Positions 1 to 8,244 of a stretch of 64,000 nucleotides of DNA are shown piece by piece (within the stretch, counting starts at the first letter, position 1; every line of letters begins with the position of its first letter). A program made the translations under genes and the position numbers. Where the stretch lies: the NCBI GenBank assembly GCA_964531165.1, contig CAZHEA010000003.1:13048-77047 (forward strand). Direction: 5' to 3'. Source of the stretch: an uncultured Thiotrichaceae bacterium. GTDB taxonomy: Bacteria > Pseudomonadota > Gammaproteobacteria > SZUA-229. The notes below the pieces were generated by a model, which did no database searches, was not told where the DNA came from, and saw only the letters and a list, made by a program, of their open reading frames with translations.

Positions 1-22
1 TGATTATTTATACGCAACGCAA

Positions 23-655
23 ATGAAGCTGGTTTATCGGGATACGTTATTGTTGGCTTTATATGTTCTGGCACCGGTTTTGTTTATTCTTATTTCCCGG
101 ATTCGCTGGCTGGTTCGGCATAAAGTAGATGCAGCGGAAACGATTTCCCGATTCAGCTGGTTGGCAATTAGCGTATTCGGGTTTTTATTTCAGTTTATAT
201 GGTATGAATGGAACACAGTTTATTTTGCAAATCATTTAATTTTTTTATGCTTTATGGTGTTAGCTCCCGTTGTTTATTTCATTCCGCAACTATATGCAAA
301 TCAACATGCCAATGTACACCTGGCGATGCGCGTTGTTTTAATCAGCGTTTTTGTTAACGGTGCGACGGCCGCCTGGTTTAATTATCACATAGAGCTGGTG
401 GGGGCATTAAGTAACCTATTGTATCTTTGTGTGCTTGCCTGGGCCGCCATTAAAATAAAGTCTACGGCTTTGTTTAATGTGATGACAGCGGCTATCAGCT
501 TGCGCATCTTAGTAATTTATTTTGAAGTTTTCGGCTCAATGCTGGAAACCGGTTTCGGTTTGTTGATTGGCGGCGTACTGACTTTGTTGATTTCCTGGTG
601 GTGGTTTAAACGTTCGAATAAACTGGCTGTGCGTTTGTCAGCTGCCGGAGAATAA
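23..655 (+). CDS. polytopic membrane protein, DUF4401-like; probably 5'-truncated by the window edge
   Basis: The frame is open from nt 2, so the ATG at 23 may be internal. The product has multiple hydrophobic helices. Its stop lies 1 nt before the GDYXXLXY-type gene, the usual partner arrangement for this family. Confidence 0.5.
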   Translation: MKLVYRDTLLLALYVLAPVLFILISRIRWLVRHKVDAAETISRFSWLAISVFGFLFQFIWYEWNTVYFANHLIFLCFMVLAPVVYFIPQLYANQHANVHLAMRVVLISVFVNGATAAWFNYHIELVGALSNLLYLCVLAWAAIKIKSTALFNVMTAAISLRILVIYFEVFGSMLETGFGLLIGGVLTLLISWWWFKRSNKLAVRLSAAGE

Positions 656-656
656 T

Positions 657-1235
657 ATGTCGAGAAATAAAATTATTTTAATAGCGGTCGCTTTGCCTTT
701 TATTGTGCTTTGCTTATTAGTGGTGCGTGCTGAATATAATATTAGAAATGGTGAGCAATGGAGCTTTGAAATTACCGGCTATGACCCGCGAGACTTATTG
801 CGCGGCCATTACCTGCAGTTTAATTTGAAATATAACTGGCAGGATAATAAAAATAACTGTAAAACTAATCAGGATTGCTGTTTATGTTTAACTGAAAATT
901 CGTCAGCCTATCCGGATGTACATAAAACAGCCTGCGATATAGCCAGGCAGCAATGTGATGGTTATATGCTGATGGATAGTGATAATGTGCTCAAACGTTT
1001 TTATATTCCTGAGGACAGTGCGAAAACAGCAGAAAAATTATTACGCGATGCACGTAGTCAACAGCAGGTGTATCTAAGTGTCTCAATTAATAAAAAAGGT
1101 CAGCCTACTATTATTGATTTGTTTATCAATCAACAGTCAATTAGCGAAATTTTAAAGATGCAGCAGGAAGACTGGCCAGAAAACCGGCAGGAAAACCGGC
1201 AGGAAAATCGACCAGAAAATCGACAAGGCGAATAG
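657..1235 (+). CDS. GDYXXLXY-domain membrane-anchored protein with C-terminal ENRQ repeats
   Basis: N-terminal TM helix (IILIAVALPFIVLCLLVV). The motif TGYDPRDLLRGHYLQFNL resembles the GDYXXLXY signature. It is tightly coupled to the upstream membrane protein gene. Confidence 0.6.
   Translation: MSRNKIILIAVALPFIVLCLLVVRAEYNIRNGEQWSFEITGYDPRDLLRGHYLQFNLKYNWQDNKNNCKTNQDCCLCLTENSSAYPDVHKTACDIARQQCDGYMLMDSDNVLKRFYIPEDSAKTAEKLLRDARSQQQVYLSVSINKKGQPTIIDLFINQQSISEILKMQQEDWPENRQENRQENRPENRQGE
1179..1226 (+). repeat. 4 x 12-nt in-frame tandem repeat (gaaaaccggcag x2, gaaaatcgacca, gaaaatcgacaa)
   Basis: Read directly from the sequence. It encodes ENRQ-ENRQ-ENRP-ENRQ at the C-terminus of the 657..1235 product. 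Confidence 0.9.
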
Positions 1236-1366
1236 TCAAAGGCCTCGCTTATCAGCTTATTAATTCGCTGACTTAAACCAACAGTAAATCCGGCAATAGT
1301 GCCCGGTTAATGGTAAAATGTTTTTTGTGTAATACATGCAGGCAATTTACAAAAGAGTAAAAATAT

Positions 1367-2107
1367 ATGAACAATACTTGCTTGCAGTTAAAAGGCAGCG
1401 TAGTCACCACATTCATTCTTGAGCTCTACCACTACTCATCTGATATCTTCAGCCGTCAGCTAAGTGAAAAAATAAACCAGGCACCGGAGTTTTTTGCGCG
1501 CTCTCCAGTGGTTATCAGTCTGGAAAAATTCGAGCACGACGTGAATGATATTGATTTGTTAGAAATGCTGGCTATTTGCCGGCAGTTCAATTTGCAGCCG
1601 ATGGCTTTTAAAAGTTCCAGGCCGGATTTCGTTGCTGCGATACAACAGACCGGACTGGCTCATTTATCTGCAAGTGCCATGCGCTCTGAAAGTATCGTCG
1701 CGCCGGTAGCTGATACGCCTGAAAAAATACCAGCAGAAATAGATTCAACGCAAGATGCACAATCACTTAAACCTGTATTACCTAAAAGTAAAATAATCAC
1801 CAGACCCGTGCGCTCCGGTCAGCAGGTGTATGCGGAGGGCGGTGATTTAATTATTTTGTCGCAGGTCAGCGAGGGCGCCGAAGTACTGGCTGACGGTCAT
1901 ATTCATGTTTATGGCAGATTACGTGGCCGCGCACTGGCCGGGGTAAAAGGTGATGAAACTGCGCGGGTATTCTGCAATAGTCTGGAAGCAGAATTAATTT
2001 CAATTGCGGGTAATTTTATGCTCAGTGATGCACTGCGGGAAAAAACCTGGAAACATGCAGCACAAGTTTATCTCGATGCTAAGACCTTGCATGTGGAAGC
2101 GGTTTAA
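1367..2107 (+). CDS. minC: septum site-determining protein MinC
   Basis: Size, a C-terminal beta-helix region (GGDLIILSQVSEGAEVLADGHIHVYGRLRGRALAG) and its position directly upstream of minD-minE. Confidence 0.9.
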   Translation: MNNTCLQLKGSVVTTFILELYHYSSDIFSRQLSEKINQAPEFFARSPVVISLEKFEHDVNDIDLLEMLAICRQFNLQPMAFKSSRPDFVAAIQQTGLAHLSASAMRSESIVAPVADTPEKIPAEIDSTQDAQSLKPVLPKSKIITRPVRSGQQVYAEGGDLIILSQVSEGAEVLADGHIHVYGRLRGRALAGVKGDETARVFCNSLEAELISIAGNFMLSDALREKTWKHAAQVYLDAKTLHVEAV

Positions 2108-2161
2108 TGAATACTTGCGGGCTTTATTTTTAATCACAATCTCATTTATAAGGAGCCAGCA

Positions 2162-2974
2162 TTGGCTGAAATTATTGTAGTAACCTCGGGTAAAGGTGGT
2201 GTGGGCAAAACCACTACCAGTGCAGCAATCGGCAGTGGTTTAGCACTGCGCGGACATAAAACCGTGATTATAGATTTTGATGTGGGCCTGCGTAATCTGG
2301 ATCTGATTATGGGCTGTGAGCGCCGGGTGGTTTATGACTTTGTTAATGTATTAAATAATGAAGCAAATTTAAATCAGGCTTTAATTAAAGATAAGCGTAA
2401 TGACAAACTGTTTATTTTACCCGCTTCACAAACCCGGGATAAAGACGCGCTGACTCAGGATGGCGTGCAGCGCATACTTAATGAGCTGGCGCAAACCTTT
2501 GAATATATCATTTGCGACTCACCTGCGGGCATCGAAAAAGGCGCGCAGATGGCGCTTTACTATGCGGATCAGGCAATAGTGGTGACCAACCCTGAAGTGT
2601 CTTCAGTGCGCGACTCTGATCGAATTTTGGGCATACTACAAAGTAAATCATTACGTGCTGAAACCGGTGCTGAACCGGTTAAAGAGCATTTATTGTTAAC
2701 CCGTTACAACCCGCAGCGGGTTGAAGACGGTGAAATGCTGAGTGTTGCTGATGTTGAGGATATACTGGCGATTCCTTTATTGGGTGTTATACCTGAGTCT
2801 GAAGCTGTACTGAAAGCTTCAAATCAGGGTGAACCGGTGATTTTTGATGAGCAGGCGGATGCGGGAATAGCATATAACGATGCGGTAGCTCGTCTATTGG
2901 GTGAAACTTTGGAATTTCGTTTTGTAGAGGTTGAAAAGAAAGGCTTTCTGAAAAGATTACTGGGAGCCCGGTAA
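2162..2974 (+). CDS. minD: septum site-determining ATPase MinD
   Basis: Deviant Walker [14 protein letters not shown] and a C-terminal amphipathic helix [10 protein letters not shown]. The TTG start is preceded by AGGAG at 2151-2155. Confidence 0.95.
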   Translation: MAEIIVVTSGKGGVGKTTTSAAIGSGLALRGHKTVIIDFDVGLRNLDLIMGCERRVVYDFVNVLNNEANLNQALIKDKRNDKLFILPASQTRDKDALTQDGVQRILNELAQTFEYIICDSPAGIEKGAQMALYYADQAIVVTNPEVSSVRDSDRILGILQSKSLRAETGAEPVKEHLLLTRYNPQRVEDGEMLSVADVEDILAIPLLGVIPESEAVLKASNQGEPVIFDEQADAGIAYNDAVARLLGETLEFRFVEVEKKGFLKRLLGAR

Positions 2975-3228
2975 TGAGCATTTTTGATTATTTTCGTACC
3001 AAAAAAACCAGCTCAGCATCATTGGCAAAAGAGCGCTTACAGGTGATTGTTGCCCATGAGCGTGGCATGCGTAAACAGCCGGATTACCTGCCGGCAATGC
3101 AACAGGAAATTATTGAGGTTATAAAAAAGTATATTGCCATTGATAATGACCAGGTGACGGTGACTCTTGATAACAGTGATAACTGTTCGATTCTTGAGTT
3201 AAATGTGACCCTGCCCGATAGTCAGTAA
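2974..3228 (+). CDS. minE: cell division topological specificity factor MinE
   Basis: The N-terminus FDYFRTKK...[14 protein letters not shown] matches the MinE pattern. There is a TAATG overlap with minD. Confidence 0.95.
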   Translation: MSIFDYFRTKKTSSASLAKERLQVIVAHERGMRKQPDYLPAMQQEIIEVIKKYIAIDNDQVTVTLDNSDNCSILELNVTLPDSQ

Positions 3229-3248
3229 CTGGTCTTCAAAAGTTTATA

Positions 3249-3277
3249 CCACGTCCATATGCTACGGGCGTGGTTTT
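3249..3277 (+). terminator. rho-independent terminator after minE
   Basis: The stem ccacgtcc (3249-3256) pairs with gggcgtgg (3266-3273) with one G:U pair. The loop is 9 nt and is followed by tttt (3274-3277). Confidence 0.75.
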
Positions 3278-3459
3278 AGATGAATACCTTCTGCATAATG
3301 CTCTATTTACGAATACCGTAACCGGCAACTCTTTCCAGTAACTTTTTTCTGGAACAGGCTGGCACTAACATAGACCATTCAGTTAAACAATCACATAGTT
3401 GGCTAAGCCCCTTGCATTGCTCTACACTCATGTAATCCTATATTATTAAAGAGTCTTTT

Positions 3460-4368
3460 ATGTCCCAGTTACAGGGTGGTATTAACCGCAGCAGTGCGAC
3501 CACTGAACTTGAGATAATTCAACAGAAACGCCTTGCATTACAGAAGCTGGTAAAGCTGACAAGCATGTTAAATCAGCTGCATCATGGCTTACAGTCGGTT
3601 ATTTTAATGGGTAAAAGCGCCAGTCAGATCCCTTTAAAAATAGTTAATAAGTTTAAGTCACTGACCGAAAGCCTGAAAGAAAAGCCCACTGAAGTTATTC
3701 AAAATACCCTGACCTCTACAGATGTTAAGATTGAGCGGGATATTAAACGAGTGCTGCAAATATCTCAAAAAAGCAATGAGTTGTTAGAGCAGGAAATGGG
3801 TAGTAGTGGTACCAAACTGGCGGATGCGCTTAAAGAAGATTATCATGATTTTGTTGTTGGTTTTAAGAAGAAATCACAGGCTTCGATTACACTTAGAATT
3901 ACACTTAAAACCCGGAACGCAATTGTTAATGCATTTAATTTGCCGGTACCAGAAGCCTTTATAAAAAATCAGATTATTTCACTTAATGTTAAAGAAGAGC
4001 AATGTCGAAAATTAATTAATCAGGATATGAGTAGTCTGCAAACTGATGTAGACTCAATGTTAACAAAAACAGATTGTCCGGATGCAGTTAAGCAGGTTTT
4101 ACTAAAAATTAAAACCGAACTGAAAGACAATGTTGAGTGTTTTAACTCGGGTAAATCTATTGATGAAATGCCGATTATTTATGAAAGTATTGAATTGTCG
4201 GGCTCACCTCAGGTAGTCGAGGAAGTAGAAGAAATAATTGCCCCGCACAAAGTACCGGCTAGTATTGATGTGCCGGTGGCTGAAATCAGATTAAAAGCAG
4301 GTTTTTTTCAGCACCTGTCTAACTGGTTAAAAGCGCCATGGGGAAAAAGCTGGAAAGACACTGAATGA
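3460..4368 (+). CDS. hypothetical protein (302 aa, K/E/Q-rich, probably largely helical)
   Basis: Long ORF with no competing frame. I recognise no signal peptide, TM helix or family motif. Confidence 0.6.
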   Translation: MSQLQGGINRSSATTELEIIQQKRLALQKLVKLTSMLNQLHHGLQSVILMGKSASQIPLKIVNKFKSLTESLKEKPTEVIQNTLTSTDVKIERDIKRVLQISQKSNELLEQEMGSSGTKLADALKEDYHDFVVGFKKKSQASITLRITLKTRNAIVNAFNLPVPEAFIKNQIISLNVKEEQCRKLINQDMSSLQTDVDSMLTKTDCPDAVKQVLLKIKTELKDNVECFNSGKSIDEMPIIYESIELSGSPQVVEEVEEIIAPHKVPASIDVPVAEIRLKAGFFQHLSNWLKAPWGKSWKDTE

Positions 4369-4457
4369 CTGCAGTGTACTGTGAAAATATTAACAGTTTT
4401 ATATTAGCCCAGTAATTCTTAAAATCAGCTTTGTACACATTAAAAGGATGTATGTTT

Positions 4458-5438
4458 ATGAATGCTTTACCTGGTCTCAATCAATTATATTGTGAAGTTT
4501 GCGAAAGTAGTATTTCATATCCTGATTTTTTAAAGTCTCAGCACCTTGACTATACGGTTTGTCAGTCTTTTGATTGCCGGCGTACTATGGGACAAAAGTC
4601 AAAAATGTCATCGGTGTTTTTTAAGGCACACCTGAAATTTTGCAAACAGTTAATCAAGCAGCGCATTGAAACAGACCGGTTAAGAAAAGCACATATTGAA
4701 GATGTCGTTAATAAAGAGGCATTGGAAAACTCTTCTATATATAATAATGTACTGAAGATGTCCTGTGAGCTGTCCAGCCTAAACTCTTATTTGATCACCA
4801 TTCCATCGGGCTTGACAAAAGTAGGTGCTCTATCAATTCATAGAAAGCAACAGTATATAGAACATTTAAAAGACATAATTGCACAGGCCGGAAATTTCAA
4901 AAATGCATCTGAAGTTATGTATGATGAACATCATGATGCGCATTTTAAACGTCAAAAAATAGACCTGCGTTTAAATGCAGTACCCGCATTAAGAATGACA
5001 AGTGATAACTTGTGCTGTAAATGTAAAGGCGGTTGTTGTGTGTCAGGTAAAGATCATGCTTATCTTTCGGTTTATAGTATGAGACGTTTTATGGATGAGA
5101 ATTTGCAACTGGCTAGTCATCAAATTTTAAATTTGTATAGTAGTAAAGTGAGTGAAAACACTATTGAAGGTTCATGTATTAATCAAACCAGTAGTGGATG
5201 TGTGTTACCCCGTTATATGCGATCTGATATTTGTAACGGTTACTACTGTGATGCTTTAAAGGTATATCAGATAAAAATGAAAGCAATAAATCAGGCATTA
5301 CCTGTGGTTGTGGTTCAGCGTTCTTCTACATACTGGAGTCGTTTTTCTACGGGTGTAAAAAATGATATTGTTGATGTATCTATTTTATGTGAAACAGGTG
5401 AGTTGTCCTGTTCGTCGGTGAATCGTGTTACTAAATAA
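4458..5438 (+). CDS. Cys-rich protein: N-terminal zinc-ribbon-like CxxC...CxxxxC plus C-terminal YkgJ/FliB-type CxCxxCC metal-chelating domain
   Basis: N-terminus CEVCESS...CQSFDC. C-terminus CCKCKGGCCVSGKDHAY ... GSCINQTSSGCVLPRYMRSDICNGYYC resembles the putative Zn/Fe-chelating domain of YkgJ/FliB. ATG 4458 lies 9 nt after AGGA (4445-4448). The ORF track begins at TTG 4431, and ATG 4452 is another alternative. Confidence 0.6.
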   Translation: MNALPGLNQLYCEVCESSISYPDFLKSQHLDYTVCQSFDCRRTMGQKSKMSSVFFKAHLKFCKQLIKQRIETDRLRKAHIEDVVNKEALENSSIYNNVLKMSCELSSLNSYLITIPSGLTKVGALSIHRKQQYIEHLKDIIAQAGNFKNASEVMYDEHHDAHFKRQKIDLRLNAVPALRMTSDNLCCKCKGGCCVSGKDHAYLSVYSMRRFMDENLQLASHQILNLYSSKVSENTIEGSCINQTSSGCVLPRYMRSDICNGYYCDALKVYQIKMKAINQALPVVVVQRSSTYWSRFSTGVKNDIVDVSILCETGELSCSSVNRVTK

Positions 5439-5568
5439 TAATATACCTTAATGTTAATAAATAGAATGTTTGATATTGATCAATAAATATTTGACGTTTA
5501 CCTGTTTAATATCAGAGTGCTCGAAAAACTGTTTGAGTAATAAATGATTATAACTACAGGAGATGGAT

Positions 5569-5673
5569 ATGCAGGTAGAAGATCAGTATATTATGAGTCG
5601 TGTTGCCACTACGGTGGTTGTGTTAATCGGGGTAATGTTTGCGTTAATCATTATTGCTAATTCAATAGCCTGA
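5569..5673 (+). CDS. small membrane peptide, 34 aa (MQVEDQYIMSRVATTVVVLIGVMFALIIIANSIA)
   Basis: Not in the ORF track because it is under 60 aa. AGGAG at 5558-5562 lies 6 nt before the ATG. The product has a single hydrophobic helix. A strong terminator begins about 30 nt after the stop. Confidence 0.5.
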   Translation: MQVEDQYIMSRVATTVVVLIGVMFALIIIANSIA

Positions 5674-5704
5674 TAGATTTTTGTTACATCAAGTTGGTTT
5701 AAAA

Positions 5705-5731
5705 AGCCTGTGTTTTTAACACAGGCTTTTT
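5705..5731 (+). terminator. rho-independent terminator, possibly bidirectional (A-tract upstream, T-tract downstream)
   Basis: aaaaa-agcctgtg (5705-5712), loop tttttaa, cacaggct (5720-5727), then ttttt. The 8-bp stem is perfect. Confidence 0.85.
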
Positions 5732-6172
5732 ATTGGCTATTAAATTTATATGTTGAAAATTTAACTATTTTAAAATGTCCAAATCTCCGATACAGGTATT
5801 CGCAGATGACAGGCTCTTATGCTGTTTTAATTATTAATATCATCGCATTCTATAGCCTAAACAAACATGACATCCCAGTATGCTCCTCGCTGTGCCCCAT
5901 TAACAGGTAGACCGGATCGTAGTGTGAGAAGACAGGAATTTAGTTCTCATCTCATGCTTATAGCGAGCATTATTTTGACAGATCGGCATTACACTCTATT
6001 AATCTATGCCGATATTTGATGCGACGGTAGCCTGATAAGTCTGCTAAAATCCGCCATTGCAATAGTTGATGATGACTTTATAGCTTATAGACAGGCTTCA
6101 GTTTGGGCTACTCTGATAAGTCAAAAGTGACATGGTGTTGCGTAAATTATATTTTTTCAGATGAGGTGGTAA

Positions 6173-7417
6173 ATGTCAGAGGTTGTATTAATTACTATCT
6201 CCGGTCAGGATCGGGCAGGCTTAACGTCTGCAGTTATGCGTATTTTGTCCAGTTATAATATCAATGTGCTGGATATCGGTCAGTCAGTCATACATGAAAG
6301 TCTATCTCTGGGGTTTCTCATTGAATCTTCAGAAGATCAGAATAGTTGCTCCGTTTTCAAGGATATTCTTTTTAAAGCCCATGAGCTAAATCTTAATGCG
6401 CGCTTTACGCCAATTACCAGAGATGCTTATGAGCACTGGGTTAATGCACAGGGGCAGGCAAAACATATTGTTACTCTACTGGCGAACCAGATTACCGCTA
6501 AACATTTAAGTCGGGTGACAGAGGTGGTTAGTGAGCTGGGTTTTAATATTGAACAGATCAGCCGGTTGTCCGGACGTTTGTCTTTAAGTGATATAGATCA
6601 GTCGGCACTTCCCAGAGGGGCATCGGTACAATTAACATTGAGCGGTGACGTGCAGGATGTTGCAGCGATGCATGCCCGCTTTTTACATATTTCACAGCAG
6701 TTGGATTTAGATGTGGCGGTGCAGGAGGATAATTTATATCGTCGTAGTCGCCGACTGGTATGCTTTGATATGGACTCAACCTTAATTCAGGTTGAGGTGA
6801 TAGATGAATTAGCAAAAGCGGCGGGTGTTGGTCAACAGGTAGCTGCCATTACTGAAGCTGCTATGCGCGGGGAAATTGACTTTTCAGAAAGCTTTCGTCA
6901 GCGTATGGCTTTGTTAAAAGGTATGGATGAATCGGTACTTAAACAAATTGCAGAGAACCTTCCTATCACCGAGGGTGCGGCCCGACTTATTAGTCACCTG
7001 CGTCACTTTGGTTATAAAGTGGCTATTTTATCCGGTGGTTTTACCTACTTTGCTAATTACCTGAAAGAAAAGCTCGGGGTTGATTATGTGCATGCAAACC
7101 AGCTTGATTTTGAGAATGGTAAACTCACCGGTAAAGTAAAAGGCGAGATCATTGATGGCCAGATGAAAGCTAAATTATTAATGCAGATAGCTGAACAGGA
7201 AGGCATTAGTACTGAGCAGGTCATTGCTGTTGGTGATGGAGCAAATGATTTGCCGATGTTGGCTATTGCGGGTCTGGGTGTCGCATTTCATGCGAAGCCG
7301 TTGGTTAAAGAGCAGGCGAAGCATTCGATTGCTAATCTCGGGCTGGATGCAATTTTATATTTATTAGGAATTAGGGATCGTGAGTTAGCTGAGCTTGATG
7401 GTAACGGCGTTAAGTAA
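6173..7417 (+). CDS. serB: phosphoserine phosphatase SerB with N-terminal tandem ACT-like domains
   Basis: HAD motif I FDMDSTLI and motif III GDGANDLPM. An N-terminal ACT-like region (ITISGQDRAGLTSAVMRIL) is present. Confidence 0.9.
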   Translation: MSEVVLITISGQDRAGLTSAVMRILSSYNINVLDIGQSVIHESLSLGFLIESSEDQNSCSVFKDILFKAHELNLNARFTPITRDAYEHWVNAQGQAKHIVTLLANQITAKHLSRVTEVVSELGFNIEQISRLSGRLSLSDIDQSALPRGASVQLTLSGDVQDVAAMHARFLHISQQLDLDVAVQEDNLYRRSRRLVCFDMDSTLIQVEVIDELAKAAGVGQQVAAITEAAMRGEIDFSESFRQRMALLKGMDESVLKQIAENLPITEGAARLISHLRHFGYKVAILSGGFTYFANYLKEKLGVDYVHANQLDFENGKLTGKVKGEIIDGQMKAKLLMQIAEQEGISTEQVIAVGDGANDLPMLAIAGLGVAFHAKPLVKEQAKHSIANLGLDAILYLLGIRDRELAELDGNGVK

Positions 7418-7450
7418 TATTGAAGTTTAATTTTTGTTTTAAGTGTGTGT

Positions 7451-7876
7451 ATGAAGTATTTGATGTTGTTAGTAGTCATGTTTCCATCTACATTGATGGC
7501 AGCAGAAAAGCAGTTTGGTAATGCGGTTGTTTCGCAGGTAACCAGTATTTATGATGCGGATACTTTTCGAGTGAATATTAAAGGTTGGCCGGATATTGTC
7601 GGTAAGCATATGTCAGTAAGGGTGCTCGGCATTGATGCGCCTGAAATACGCGGTAAGTGTAAAGCTGAAAAAGTGGCAGCACGTCTGGCTAAGCAGTTTA
7701 CAGTTGAGGCGTTGCGTAACGGTTCGTTTATTGAATTAAAAAATATTAAACGCGGTAAGTATTTTCGTCTGCTGGCAGATGTATATATCGATGGTCAGAA
7801 CCTTGCAGAGGCTTTAATACTGTCTAATCAGGCGCGTCCTTATGATGGTGGCCATCGAAAGGGCTGGTGCCAATAG
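7451..7876 (+). CDS. secreted thermonuclease (staphylococcal nuclease, SNase-like) family protein
   Basis: Signal peptide MKYLMLLVVMFPSTLMA. SNase-type motifs DADTFRV and VRVLGIDAPE. The ORF track starts at GTG 7445. Confidence 0.75.
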   Translation: MKYLMLLVVMFPSTLMAAEKQFGNAVVSQVTSIYDADTFRVNIKGWPDIVGKHMSVRVLGIDAPEIRGKCKAEKVAARLAKQFTVEALRNGSFIELKNIKRGKYFRLLADVYIDGQNLAEALILSNQARPYDGGHRKGWCQ

Positions 7877-7922
7877 TCAGTATAAAGGAAAAGCATTCAT
7901 TGTTATTCTGTTAATAATAAGT

Positions 7923-7952
7923 GTCGTCATTTCTATGAAAGCAGGAGTCTAG
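7923..7952 (+). repeat. degenerate REP-like palindromic element (gtcgtcatttctatgaaagcaggagtctag)
   Basis: About 74 percent identical by hand alignment to the reverse complement of the element at 42736-42760. It lies in a 368-nt convergent spacer. Confidence 0.4.
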
Positions 7953-8244
7953 TGGCTTTAAAAGCCGACAAGTACTGGGAGTTATAATTGCTGGATCAGG
8001 AGTGAAGAAGCTTTTTATCTATTATATTAGTTTCTTCAGATGACTAACTTAAGTCTAAACTTATTACTGCGACGGAAGTAAAGGGTGCTTACCAAATTTT
8101 CTGCAGGTGCAAATGAATTCGTACCTGCATGGTACTAATGGGTTCTTATTTTACTGACCGGTTAATACATTGCCATTATGTAGTTGTGTATTTATACAAT
8201 CTGTTGAGGGCTGGCGGTATAGCAGTAAAAATATAAAAAATTAA

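Noticed and set aside
1179-1226. Tandem repeat as a possible CRISPR or non-coding VNTR
   Set aside because: The units are 12 nt, contiguous with no spacers, and in frame within a coding sequence.
5710-5910. 66-aa ORF in the track
   Set aside because: Its GTG start lies inside the stem of the 5705-5731 terminator. It has no Shine-Dalgarno sequence, its composition is low-complexity and AT-driven, and it has no recognisable motif. It is most likely non-coding.
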